DNA of 63,958 nucleotides, the filler included, from Intoshia linei (Eukaryota; Animalia; Orthonectida), in the NCBI GenBank assembly GCA_001642005.1. It is 4 parts of 4 records of this genome, joined end to end, with 100 filler letters (N's around TTAATTAATTAA, not from the genome) between each part and the next. Parts side by side here need not be neighbours in the genome. Positions count along the whole stretch, not along the records: positions 1 to 27,566 come from LWCA01000434.1; 3 more parts are not named here. One strand, 5' to 3'. Each line of letters starts with the position of its first letter. Within the stretch, counting starts at the first letter, position 1. The notes beneath the pieces are model-generated. The model was given only the letters and a program-made list of their open reading frames with translations. It had not been told where the DNA came from and made no database searches. This document shows positions 1 through 13,153 of the stretch, one piece after another. Made by a program: the position numbers and the translations under genes.

Positions 1-430
1 ATGTTGATTTTTTATTAGGTGTGAAAGTATTTGGTAAAAACGATGCTACTGACCCCGTATCTACTAAACATGAAACATCTTTACCCTCTATTTTGGCAGG
101 AATATAAAATAACGAATACTCTTTAGTATTTATTTCTGAATTACAAAAGTTTTCATTGTGACCCTTCCTGCCACACTTGTTGCATATAGGGTCGATATGC
201 TCCTTATTACATCTTGAATTGCAATTTCCGAATATATAATTTACACATATGTCATTTTTGCTGTCTAAATTCTTCACTTTGTTAACATTGTTCAACCCAC
301 GATTCTAATTCCTATAGAAATTATTTGATTTATAATTATAATTTCCATTCATATGCTTAAATCCAGTATCATTGTAATTATCAGCCTTCAACTTTCCATA
401 AGATTTACAACTTTCTAATGATATGTAATG
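1..430 (-). mobile_element. Ty3/gypsy-like LTR retrotransposon relic (gag zinc knuckle + aspartic protease), runs off window start
   Basis: Minus-strand translation gives PICNKCGRKGHNE (CCHC knuckle, then disrupted) near 155-195 and LFYIPAKIEGKDVSCLVDTGSVASFL (retropepsin DTG motif at 50-67). Confidence 0.75.
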
Positions 431-564
431 TTACTGCTAAAAGTTGTAAATATACTGTGAATTGAAGTAATGTTACTGCTAAAAGAAGTTAATTTACTGT
501 GCATTTAAATTTGTCTGATTTTCATATGTATTTATTATAATTCAATAATTTTTCATTCATGCCT

Positions 565-800
565 ATATTTTGATATCTGATAAATTATTAATTACTATTC
601 TAGATTAGAAAGTAACTATAATTCTAAAAATTGAGTAATAATTACAAAAATATTCATAACCTTGATTTGAGATTTTTATTAAATTTTGATTATCAGGTAT
701 TTACCTGAAAATATCACCCTAAACAGTGTTGGACTTTAGAAACATATAATATCATAATGTATTGCAATAGTTTAAATATTCAATGAAAAATTAGATAACT
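565..800 (+). repeat. Dispersed ~230 bp repeat, second copy at ~32200-32432
   Basis: Shared blocks tagattagaaagtaactataattctaaaaatt and gaaaatatcaccctaaac in both places. Confidence 0.75.
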
Positions 801-933
801 TACTAAAACCCCTGATTTTGGGGCATTTTTCAAAAAATGATGCCCCAATCCGAGGTCCGACTGTACTAGGATGAAGTGATTTTCTATAGAAAATGTTACA
901 ATTGATCATTTTTTAACTATTACACAAATTGTA

Positions 934-1925
934 CTAGAATGTGTTGTTATGAATAGCGTCTACTGTATATTCAGTACCAATTTAATAAATACTTAAAAAT
1001 ACCAATTATGTATCAATAATTAATAGAATCTTCACTTTATAAATATATTTTAATCGAATTTTACCAATATTGCAAAGTATTGTAATAAATATAAAAATGA
1101 TAAAGTTGTATTACTTTTAGTTTCGTTGTAGTTTTTATTTAAATTTTATTCAAAATGTTTTGAAAATGATAATTTGAAATTTAAAAATTGCGTAGCAATG
1201 AAAAAAATTTGGAAGGAATGAATTATATAGATTTTCACCCATATTTATTTATTGGAAATGTGTAGACGTTCAATGCACATTTTTTTGAAATTGTAGGATC
1301 AATATTTATTTAATCGAAATATTTGAAAAATATTGGTTGATATTATATTAAAAATTATTTTTCACCGGGAATGCGTAGATTTCAGGGGTTGAAATTTTGT
1401 ATTTGTATCAATTGGAATAAGCTCTATCTGAATAATCTTCTTTTTTTTTAATTTTTGTACCGTTAATTATTTCACATTTGTTGTTTAAATAAAATATATG
1501 AATACTAAAATACTTTTTTGACCGTGAAGTCGTCACTTATTCGGATTGAAATTTTTTGTTTGTGTTAACAGGATACAACTGTACCACCTGGAAATTTTTT
1601 TTAAATTCTAGAGCTGTTTTCATAAAAAAAAGTGTAATTTGTGGTTTTGGCCCTGAAGATATAAATTTATGATACTGTTTATGATTTTAAAATCCGTATC
1701 AGCGTATATATTTTTTTAAATTCTCCAACTCGTTTGATTTTCAAAAAGAGGACAATTGAGGTTTTTGACCCGTAAGATGTGAGTTTGGGGGTTGAAATTT
1801 ATCTTATTATATGTCCCGGAAAAACTGTAATTGAAATATGGACTTTATAAAACTCTAAGACTGGTAGTTATTGAAATAAAGTGTAACACACACACACAAA
1901 CAAATATCATATAAATAAGGAAGGA
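934..1925 (-). mobile_element. Non-autonomous Helitron-like element (family A), most complete copy
   Basis: On the minus strand it starts A|TCCT followed by a (TG)n microsatellite and ends ...CTAG|T, with a short TACTG-N6-CAGTA hairpin upstream. No TIRs or TSD. About 10 homologous copies in the window. Confidence 0.6.
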
Positions 1926-2805
1926 TATACATTGTATACGCTTAAACTTAAACAAATCTAAATAAAAGTAAAACAAAACATGGGTTTTTATGTTATTTTT
2001 TATTAGTTAGTTTAGTTGATTTTCAAATGTGAAGTAATCATATAACTTATCGTAATTTAAATTTTATATCATCATAAAAAATCAAAGATATGTATCCCAC
2101 GTCACAAAAATATTGAATATAGGATTATGGAAAGATAATTTGATAGTAATATATCACAAATATTATATATCCATCCTCTCCAGAATCTAATGGGTTAACG
2201 TTTCTACATATCATAATAAATTTCAAAGTCAAGTCGTTATTTTAAATTATTTTACTTGAAATTAGATTTAGATATCAAAAAATTCTACAAAGAAACCTGA
2301 ACGATTTAGCAAAATTTGCTGATAGTGATCAAATTAAAAACCACGATTTTCCAGTAAAATTGAGTTGAATGTATTATTTTCATATATAAAATGTTAGTAC
2401 TCAAAAATAAAGCCGTTTCGAGATGCTGATTTCGAAGAAAAGAGTAATATTTTTACTTTTGGTTACATTTTTTTAGATAAAGATTGCAAAAATGTACATT
2501 TACAATAAGAAACAATGTCTATCGTTGTAATTTAATAAATATTCAATGATGTAAAACTGTATCAAGTGCGATGGTTCCAAGTAAACGATAATTGCCTCTT
2601 GAAATCGAACAAGTTTTTTCTCAAATTATTTTCCAAAAATTAAAATTAGACTGGACAATTTATCTTCTAATTTTGACGAAAAAATTCAATTTATAGTATA
2701 CTGTTTCATGACTGAATTTATGGAAATGTATGGGACATTTTATTTCAATTATATCATTTACGCAAATATGAAAAAAATTTGTAATACAACGTTTATTGCG
2801 CTTCA

Positions 2806-3664
2806 TCAATTAAAATCTCGACGACGCTTATTAGATGGTGAACTGCTATTTTTTCTTGGTTTTCCTCTCTTTCTGCGTAATTTAACTTCAGAGCTAATGT
2901 CATATGGTTTCAAGTTTTGGATATCTAAACATAAAATACAATTTACAGTAAATACGCATCACTACACTGTTTTATATTGGGTCAACTAAGAATCTGAGCG
3001 ATTACAAAGTTGAATGATAAATATATTATAATACCTTCATGTGTTTCACTATTAAAAGGCAAGTTTGCATTAAAATATTTACGATTGGAGGAAATGGAGT
3101 ACATGTTATCATCGCATACACTTTTTTTAACAATTTGTTTAATCAAATCCTCCCGTTTGACATGCCGTTTTTTTAAATTTATCCAGTGTAACAAATCTCG
3201 TTTCGCAATGTTTCCACCGCGTCGACATCCACTCTCGTATACTTTTTTAAGGTAGTCAACATTTTCTAATATTTACATGTAATTTTAAAAGCATTTAATA
3301 TTATATTAAAATGAACCTTTATATAATTTTGTAACAGAATCGGAGCAATTCTTAAACATTAAGTAATTTTGATGTGATGCATTACGCTTGTTTTCTAAAT
3401 GTTTACAATACAATTTTACACTTTTCATAAATCTTGATGCAAGATTCTTGACTGTTGAGATAAAAATTTACCGGTTAAAGATAAATAAAGGTTGGACAAA
3501 TTTTCAGCAGTTTGTTGAAATAACAATTTAAGGCGCTGTGAAGATTCCATATTAAGGTTGTTAGAACATAAATCAATCATATTGCTTTCTTTTTCTTGTT
3601 GATTCAAAAGGTAACATTCTAATTCAGAAACTGAATCTTCGGTAAAATAATTAATTTGGTCCAT
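2806..3664 (-). CDS. HAPSTR1: HAPSTR1 / C16orf72 (UPF0472) homologue; exons 3664-3472, 3394-3317, 3265-3035, 2924-2806
   Basis: Spliced translation has QRLKLLFQQTAENLSNLY, YLMFKNCSDSVTKLYKE, RDLLHWINLKKRHVKREDLI and C-terminal SSPSNKRRR. These match the two F-Q-N-x-A helices, the LAWVKKRRRTIRREDLI motif and the terminal NLS of C16orf72. All introns GT-AG and in phase. Confidence 0.8.
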
Positions 3665-4742
3665 TAACCTAATTAAACATTATTCAATTTAATCAAAAAT
3701 TACAAAAAAACTTGGCTAAATCAAAATTTACAAAATTGTAAGAATAAAAATTGAAAGCTAAAATAATGGTCTTGTTTATTGCAGCATTTCAAAATATAAT
3801 TGCTATAGATGGAGTGTAAAAAATTGCAGTTTATTTTCAATTTTTACAAATTCAAATTGAACTGTACAAATTTAAACACAGTCGTCAAGTACGTTTATTT
3901 TTGTTAGTTATAAAATTGGACTGTATCTATGGATAATAATGTCTTTTATATTTTATATTATCTGATATTTGATAATGTATCTCAAATATCTGGGATATTT
4001 ATCTGTTTATTTTAGATTTATTTATGTGTAGTTTCCTCTCAAAATGGTACAAGTCACTAACAAACTGTTACTATAATGGAATGTTGAATTTAGTTTGTAA
4101 ATTCCAGCGGATTCATATTTATTTTTAAAAATAGCTATGGTGAGACTTTTATGTAATTTAATTGACAAAATCTTATTTTTGATACTTATTGATATTATTG
4201 TAAGACCTTAACTCAATGCGTAGAGTAAAATTTAAATTGTTATCATTTCTATATTTTCCACTATTGAATATCCAGTAGATAATACAGATGTTAATGATAT
4301 CAAATTAATTGTTTATGTATGCAAAAATTTTTCAAAAATGTGTCATATAATTTTAAAAATTACCAATTCTAGGAAAGTTTTATGATCAAAGTTGACAGCC
4401 AAATTTGTAACCTTCAATATCTTCACAGCCAAAAACAATATTAGATTAATTTTACAAGCCAATATTTCATTTACATTGTTAATTAAAATTGTTTAGACTC
4501 AACTTAACTATTAATTTATTGGCTCATAAATTAAACGATTTTATTCAAAAATCATTTCGTACCCCAAATAGATCCCCATAATAATTTAAATTTAATGTAA
4601 CTATGACACCATATGAATAAAAAAATTGTATTAAAAATTTTAAATGGTTAAAATTCTTAGTGACCAAAAATGAATAGCTGAAAAATAGTTAATGATGGAA
4701 TAGGAACCTACATACATGCAACATTAAAATCATAGACTATCA

Positions 4743-5238
4743 CAGGGATGCCCAAATTGTCGATCTCAGATGATTTTCTAGTTGATCGTCAAAATTAAAA
4801 TTGATTTTTTATTTGAATAATACTCGTCATTAAAATGATCTCTACTTTAAAACAATTTATTTTAATATTTATAAAATTTATTTGTATATATATATAGTTA
4901 AAAAGTAGTTCATTAAATGTGGAATGGGTACCAGAACTTTACTTATTTGTTAACACTTCTCTAGCAATATTATTAAATGATATACTTGACACATTCAATT
5001 ATAACGTTTAAATTAGTCCACTATTTCTTATACTAAGTTTTGCCGATAATTTTCAAATATACAGCGAAAGTGCTTCGAATTATTCAGAATTTTAATTTTT
5101 TATGTTTTCTACAATTATAATTTTTAATTATTAACATGATTCCGATCAGAAACATTTTTCTAGTCAATGTATTAGTCGATCGTCACTCATTGAAAAATTT
5201 TAAAGTCGATCGCATCAAAAAAAGGTTGGGCATCCCTG
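4743..5238. mobile_element. hAT (Charlie/SPIN-type) MITE
   Basis: Perfect 13-bp TIR cagggatgcccaa/ttgggcatccctg; 8-bp TSD gactatca/gattatca (7/8); subterminal gtcgatc motifs. Confidence 0.9.
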
Positions 5239-6199
5239 GATTATCAAATCGACCTAAATACATAAGAAACTAAATATATTATTACAAATTAATTTTTATT
5301 TTCAATAATTTTTTGGAATTTAAAAAATATCTATAATTTATGAGTAAAAGTATCAAATGAGCTGGTACCCCAAAATAATTTCTGAGAGCCTAGGCGTTGC
5401 ACTATCCATTTAGCAACCGCTCTCATGATAGATTATGATTAAATAGACATAAAGTTGAAATGGCCAGCAAAAGAATATAAATATTGTAAAAGATTATATA
5501 TTTACATAACTTATTAGTTTAAATTGTGGATCCTGACCTTCAAATGGAACTAATAAAATTTATTTGATTAAAATAAAATTTTGTAGTTCGTATTTATATC
5601 CCAAAAATTTCTATTTGTGTAAACAGAATTATTTGTTCATGATATAAGCTGCAAAATGAATGTAGAAATGTATAAATTTCATTAATATACTTTATTGAAA
5701 CGCTGATATGTTGAGTAAATCTAAATCCAGTAAAAGATACAGCAAAGGTAATTTGAATTAAGTAACTGAGGTTACTCGATTAGTGTGGTAAAAATTTTGT
5801 ATAACATACTGCATAGTCATGTATAAATATCTTTAACCTTTAGTTTGGGTCACCCTATATCACAAAATATAATTATTAGTTTGTATTATCTTTATAGTTT
5901 AATTTGTCACTGATGAAACAATTATCATGTGTATACCAAAATTTTCTGTTAGTAAAAATATGGTTCCACTTAGAAACCTTATATTTAAAATGTTATAGAG
6001 GTTAGCAGGGCGGACCCAAGAGGTTAGTTAATGCGGTGCGAGCGAAGCGACCAAAATATTTAATTTCGCTGATGGGGGAAAAAATTTTAGGGCGTCTCTT
6101 TTAATATCAAGGAGTCTAGTTTGATTTTAAAGCGTCTCGTTTAATTTCATTTAAAGGTTGTTATACAATAGTTTCCAAATTTGTATTTTTTTGCAAAAA

Positions 6200-6832
6200 T
6201 AAAAAAAATGACGAGCACAAAACAAAAATATATACCCTGATGCGGATTTTAAAATCATAAACTATATCATATATTTAAATTTAAAAAAATTATATCATCA
6301 GGGCCAAAACCCCAAATTACCCTTCTTTTTTACTGAAAACAGTCCTAGAATTTCAAATAATTTACAGGTAGTACAGTTGTATCCTGTTAACACACATAAA
6401 AAATTTCAATCCGAATAAGTGACGACTTCACGGTCAAAAAAGTATTTTAATATTCATATATATTTTTTCCGAAATATTTTATTAAAACAAAAAATGTGAA
6501 ATAATTAACGGTCCAAAATTAAAAAAGAAGGATAATCTTATTATATTATTATATTAATATTATAATAATTATTCTGATAGAGCTTATTCAGTTGATATAA
6601 ATACAAAATTTCAACCCCAGAAATCTGTGCATTTTCAGTGAAAAATAATTTTTAACATAGACGTTCAATGCACATTTTTTTGAAAATGTAGTATCAATAT
6701 TTACACTTCAATTTTTATTTTAATCGAAATATTTGAAAAATATTGGTTGATAATATGTTAAAAGTATTTTTCACCCGGAAATGCGTATATTTCTGGGGTT
6801 AAAATTTTGTATTTATATCAACTGGAATAAGC
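6200..6832. repeat. Two family-A fragments in opposite orientation, forming a long inverted repeat (~6580-6832)
   Basis: cttattcagttgatataaatacaaaatttcaaccccagaaat is mirrored by atttctggggttaaaattttgtatttatatcaactggaataag. Confidence 0.8.
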
Positions 6833-7105
6833 CAAAGAATCAAAATTGAATTCCAATTTCCCCCTGTTATCTCTTCCAAAATTTAGTATTTTTTTAATTA
6901 CAATGAACGTTGTTTAAGGCAGTCGAATCGATATATTTGTATCTATTTATTTACTTAAATTAATTTTGTTTATCGATAAATTCTTAACCCTCGATTGACA
7001 GGTACTTTTGCATTGTTTCGAAAAATTAGTTTTTATTATGAAAAAAAGGTACATAAAGTGTAAACAGAAATTAGCTCATGTACTGCTCACCAATTAATTG
7101 ATTAC

Positions 7106-8105
7106 ATGTCTTTTATTCATCATCATTTCACCTTATATTTAAATTTAGAAGTGAAAGAAAGTATATTTGATATTTCCAGAAGTGGAAATATTGAACTACT
7201 GATGAAGGCCAAACGAAGATGGTTGAACCATGCAGACTTGGATGGTATTACGCCATTAATGATAACAGCAATGGACAACGATCTTTCGCATGCTCTCAAA
7301 TATTTACTAAACCGCCGGTATAAATGATAAGTATAATTTATTATAATTTAATAGATGCAGCATAAACGAAGTTGATTTAAAAGGCTGCAGTGCACTACAT
7401 CACGCCTGTAAAATGAAATGCCATGAAAATGTTCGGATTTTATTGGATGCTGGAGCAAACATGTGGATGTTAAATGACGAAGGATCGACACCCTATTTGT
7501 TAGCCCTTAGATGTAGATCTTTAAAATGTCAAGCAATTTTATTAAATTTCGAAAAAGACTACATTCAAAACCACCCTAGAAAAGTTGACAAAATGATGAA
7601 AGATGCCAAAAAAATAATGATACGTCGTAAATCATTAGACACTACCTTTATCCATAATACCGCATTAACTCGAAGCAGAGGAAAATCCATTATACTATCA
7701 ATGACCAAATTTAATATAGCTTCTCATTTTAAAAACTCTCCTCTTGCTAGAAGCAAATTAAGTAATGTTTATGTGAGCAATCCAAATTTATCTTACATTA
7801 AAGATGAAAACGTCAAAAATAAACAGAAAAGTAATAATTGTACGATGTCGCGTAAAGAATCCAAGGAAATATTGAAAAATAAATTCAGATCAGTTTCAAT
7901 TAGACCTTCGGAACGTAATTGTAAACCGTTGCAAGTATTAAGTCTTTACGATATGCAAAAGTTATCTAACGAATACAATAGAGAAATTATAAAACATAAA
8001 TCTTCACCATCTAGTTCTACATGCGTAACACCGACTCCAATTAAAGAAATGGTTAAAAAATCTGTTACATACGATCCTGCATTTCAAAATATTTTTAATT
8101 TTTAA
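7106..8105 (+). CDS. USH1G(SANS)/ANKS4B-like ankyrin-repeat protein; intron 7318-7354; true start uncertain
   Basis: Spliced: IFDISRSGNIELLMKAKRRWLNHADLDGITPL..VDLKGCSALHHAC..LLDAGANMWMLNDEGSTP..NHPRKVDKMMKDA aligns with the SANS N-terminus ([52 protein letters not shown]). 37-nt GT-AG intron. Confidence 0.75.
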
Positions 8106-8223
8106 TTGTAATGTTTTCTAAATGTACATTAAAATAATTATACAGAGTTCAGTTTTATTTTCAATAAATTTAACACATCCAATTTATTCAGATTTACAAA
8201 AAAATTTAGGATTTATTTTCATT

Positions 8224-8632
8224 TCATTAATTTGAACGATTTATTGTTACAGCGACATTATCGATATTGTTAATTAATAATATTGATTTGTTGACCAAAT
8301 TTTTAGAGATAATTTTGGTTAAAAAATTTGATAGTGTAATAAACACATTTTTTAAATATTTTGAAAACAATTATTTGACTAAAATTTTAAGCTTTTTTTT
8401 TCTCAAAATTTTTTAAAATTGGATGAAAAAAATGTTCCCTTAAAGACCCTACTAAATTTGTGTAGTAAAATTATCTTCAAAATATTTAAAAATTGGGTGA
8501 AAATAATTCCCTTAAAAACCCTACCAAATTTAGGACCCAAGTTATCTTTAAAAATTAAGGAAAAAATCAATATGATAAATTAGTAAAATCGACAATTATG
8601 TCTCTTCAACAATACATTGCACAAATGAGTGT
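8224..8632. mobile_element. Degenerate foldback/MITE with ~110 bp imperfect TIRs
   Basis: Left arm (atttattgttacagcgacat..tattgattt..tttttagagataattttgg) aligns with the reverse complement of 8520-8632. Confidence 0.55.
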
Positions 8633-10348
8633 CGCTCTAAGCAGACATTAAATTTAGCTTTTGGACCAAGATTTTTTTTGGAAATATTATGTAAGTTAAC
8701 AATTGGGACCACAAAAATAATTATTTCATTGGTTCATTGCATCGAGTAGTAAGTTTAACTAAATTAAAAGATTTCATCTAATTTTAAATTATTCATTATG
8801 CTGCACAAGTATTACTAGACATGGTTAAAAGATCAGATGTGTCATACACAATTAAATAACATATACAAATAAAAGATACTTCAATATTAACACTCTCAAC
8901 GCATAATTTAAAAATGAAATATTGCATAGAATGACAATATTAACACAATCAATTAATCAAATCCAGTATACACCATTTATTTTAAAGTCAATTCGATTAA
9001 ACGAAAATTTATTTTGGCATAAACTATACAAAATAAATAAATTAATAACTAGCTCTGCCGAGGGCACATTTTTATTATACCAAAAAAATAAATTTACGTT
9101 GAAAATCTAACTTCATATGCATGGAATTTAAAAGTATTTATCGTACTGTCTTTACTTCACTCCGTAAAGAATCTGAGAAATAGTATAAATGAATTTTTTT
9201 AATAGAAGTGGAAAGGTTGCTCTTTAGGAGTGAATTCTATGGTAATACACCTAACAATGAAAAAAAATACATATGATGCAACAAACTTTTTTAAATTTAT
9301 CATTATGATACAACTTGTATGGGTCCAACAGTTACGAATTTGGCTTCCTTAAAATTTCATCAACCTTATGCCCGTGTTGTATAATTTCTGTAAGATTTTA
9401 TATACGAATTACAGTTTTATCAAAAATGTTGCTTCTAAAAGATATCTACATCATGGTAACCTATACTTCTGTCAACCTTTATTTACACATTTATTGAGGA
9501 TTCTTTTTATTTTACAGATAGAATATGGAAAACATGAAACATTACAATCTGATTAAAATCAAAATAATTATTATTTTTTAATTGAGCTGAATTTCATTAA
9601 GTGATTTATGTTGATTATATTAAGTTTATATTATTTTGACACAAAAAAAAATTTAGCAATTACTGATGCAATTTTGAATATAAAATGGAGAGAAAAAAAT
9701 ATTTTTTTGTCTAAATGACCCATTTTAATTTTTTTCGCTCGAAAGACTTTATTTCTATAAAAAAATGGTCAAGCATATCCAGTTACAAACTCAATAGTAA
9801 TTATCAACCTTTTTCAAGAATCTCTCAAATTGAATTTTATTCTGCATGTTCGTAATAAATAATTTTTTAAGAATATTAACAAAATGCCTATTTTGATGGA
9901 ATTGCGGTAATTAAAAAAAAACCAAAGTCATTATTGACAATTGCCATTTTCATGAACATGAGAAATTCCAATTCTGACACACATCAAAGTGGTAAACCTG
10001 TCATTGAACTAATCAATGTATTACAATGTTGAGTAAGTTGTTTCAAAAATATTTTAACTTGAGAATAATAATAAAACTCAGACGCAATGTTGGGATACCC
10101 GATATCCAAAATAATAGCAAATTATTTCGAGTGGTCTTCAGAAACTACACAAATTGACATTTTTTAAATTTAAATACTTCTTGTCAGAACTTTCTAAAAC
10201 AATACCATTACGGTACGGTAAACCAAATATTGAATCAATTTTATTAAAAGTGATCCACATAAAATTCTAATTATGCATTTGTATAACTGATCGTAATTAT
10301 TAACTTGGAAAAGTGTAAATAAAAAATTTATAAATAAATAACATGAAT

Positions 10349-12683
10349 TTAATGTACAACTTGGAGGGATTCAAGTATTTCCTGTCTGTAATCGTCAAAA
10401 TCGCCATCAAGTTCGACAAGATTTTTGTCTTCCAACAGCCACAATTGACAATTAGTTTCTCTAATCAACCTTTCATCGTGAGTAACAATTACCACACCTA
10501 TAAGTAAATATTAAAATAATTTATAAAAAATCTTTCTAGTTTTGTTTCAATGGACACCAAAAGGTAATCAAATACGAACTAACCTCAGCACGTAAGAATT
10601 AAGTGTGGTTCGTATAAAAATCAACAATTTAGTAATATAGGTTTTTTCAAGATACATAACCATAAAATAAATACACGTTTGGTTTATCGCAGGGCTCCAA
10701 ATATATTAATGATAAGGACCCCAAATGTCATTTAAGAAATTTAACGCCCTCACTTGTATTTATTACTTACAATTAACTACTGTTTATTTAATATCATTAA
10801 CATTTACAAACGTGGTGTTTTTAAATTAAGGCGGTAAGAAAGTACACATCAAAGTTTTTAAAATCTTAATTAATATTTATCAATAATAATTTAAAAATAC
10901 CCCCAGTAAATGAATTAATAGCATCGGCGAGTGCGTCAATTGATTCAATATCCAAATTATTTGTGGGTTCGTCCAAAATTAAAACATCCAATTTATCAGA
11001 ACCTAAATCAGCAAAAGCAACACGTGATTTTTGTCCACCAGATAAATCACGAATTGGAATAGTATGTGCACTACTTTCTAGTCCAAAATGACCCAACTGC
11101 TTTCTGCTATTTTGATAAGAAAAGTTGTACTTCGTTTGAAGATACTGAGTAGCAGATACATCCAAGTTCAATTGATCGGATGAATGTTGGTCGTACTTTC
11201 CAATTCTAGCTCTATGGTTAACCTTGACATCTCCTACGAAAGGTTTAAGGTTTTCAGTTAGTAATTTAAGAAATGTTGATTTTCCAATTCCATTTGGACC
11301 AACAATACATATCCTGGAAGATTGGTCGACTCCAAATGACACATTTTTCAAAATGAGGGGGTGGTCTTTATAACCAAAATCGACATCGTAGAGTCCAATA
11401 ATAGGAGGGTGAAGACTGGTTGGATTAGGAAAAATAAATTTGACTGTATATTCTCGAGGTTTTTCAATAAGTTCAGTTTTATCACCTGTATCCTGCAAAT
11501 TTGCAATTTTACGTTTTTCCTGTTTAGACTTTTTCTTTTCTTTCAGGTTCTTTTGGTGTTGTTCAGCTTTTTTAGTAGATTTACCAGATTTTTTTAATTC
11601 TTTGAGCATTTTTTGTTGTTTTTCATAATCTTTGAGTAATTCTCGTTGCTTTTGTGCATTCATTTTTTTAAATCGTTCATATGCACCGCTATAATAAAAT
11701 AATTTTTTAGTGTGTAAATGAATGATATCAGTGCAAATATTATCCAAAAAGCTTTGATCGTGAGAAACTACCAACAAGGTTTTTTTCCAGTTTTGTAAAT
11801 AATCATTCAACCAAATGACTGCATTCAAATCTAAATGATTTGTGGGTTCGTCTAATAAAAGTAAAGTAGGTTCCATAAACAAAGCTCTAGCCAACGAAAC
11901 ACGCATTCGCCAGCCTCCGGAAAAATGATTTGTCGGTCGATCTTGCATTTCAGCAGTAAAGCCTAATCCAGCCAAAATTTTTCTAGCTTTACCTTCAGCT
12001 GCATCAGAATCCATGACAGCTAATTCATCGTATAATTCCTTTAATTTGTTACAAATTTCATCATCAGAGTTTTCAAAGGATTCTATCCGTTTAGTTTCTT
12101 GTAAAATAAAGTGACGTCTTTCGTCCGCCTTTAATACGGTATCTAATGCACTGTTTTCGTCGGCTTTAACTTCTTGTTCGCAATACAGAATGTCTATATT
12201 TCCTTGTATGTTCATTTTTCTAGACGCCATATGTATAAGTAAAGTGGATTTTCCATGTCCATTTGGCCCAATTAATCCATATTTCCGACCCTTTACAATA
12301 TTTAATGTGGCATTGTCGAATAATTGCTTTCCATGGACAGATATTGAAAAATTTTCAATTTTTATATTTTCTGAACCGATTTGAGATTTTTCGTTTGATA
12401 CTGATAAAGCAAATTGGTCTTCATTTGCTTGCGTTTCAATCATTTTTTCATATTTATTCTTCTTTATTAAACGCTTCTTTTCTTTTCTAGATAGTATCTC
12501 CGATTCACCATCTTGATCAACATTTTTTTCTTTCACTGTAGAGCGGTTTTCGGTTATGGTTAATTTCTGTACTTTTTCAATGTTATTTTCAGTTTCGGGA
12601 GTTGAATTTTCTGGTGATTTCGAGTTAAATTTTTCTTTTTGAGACTTTTCAAGAGCTACACTTTGTTTTTTTTTTTTTGTCAT
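10349..12683 (-). CDS. ABCF1: ABC-F family translation factor ABCF1 (ABC50); exons 12683-10901 and 10497-10349
   Basis: Two ABC cassettes ([29 protein letters not shown]; [28 protein letters not shown]), no TM segments, Lys/Glu-rich N-terminus. The spliced last exon gives [34 protein letters not shown]. Confidence 0.93.
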
Positions 12684-13153
12684 TCTATAAATGTAACGTA
12701 TAAATGATAATGTATTCGTTGTTGTGGTGTTATAAATTATTTATTTATAATTTATCATGTAAATACATTACACTGAGTGTAATACACTGTAATGATTACA
12801 GTACATCGTAGTGTTACTGATTTAACGTACTAATTCACAATGTCTTGATAATAACATGATTAGGCATTTTCCAGTAGTGTTCATTTTTGATGATATCTGT
12901 ATTTATAATCAGTATTGGGTTTGAAATTCTAATGTTGATACGATAATTAATGTATTTAATGAATTGCTAAATAATAACAATTTCAAAATTTTTATCGATC
13001 AAAAATTATTAAATACACTAAATAAAATAGTTTCACAATGCGTAAAATAAGTGATAATTTGCTAAGTTAATTCAATCATAAGATTACTTTAAATAAAGTT
13101 TTATTGAACAATTTAATAGGTAGTTTATTATATTTTTGTAAAATTAAAACTAA
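12684..13153. promoter_or_regulatory. Probable bidirectional promoter between ABCF1 and SBDS
   Basis: 470 bp between divergent start codons; contains two adjacent 17-bp palindromes at 12767-12783 and 12786-12802. Confidence 0.5.

Noticed and set aside
2050-2785. Exon-like plus-strand segments separated by GT-AG-like spacers
   Set aside because: No consistent open spliced frame or recognisable motif could be built.
9300-10260. Short ORFs and coding-like composition between the ankyrin gene and ABCF1
   Set aside because: Frequent stops in all frames and no recognisable motif; probably an old relic, cannot be supported.
11361-12490. Four plus-strand ORFs within ABCF1 (likewise ORFs at 2708, 3010, 33240, 33948, 36787, 42248, 53763)
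   Set aside because: Antisense shadows of real coding exons with no motifs of their own.
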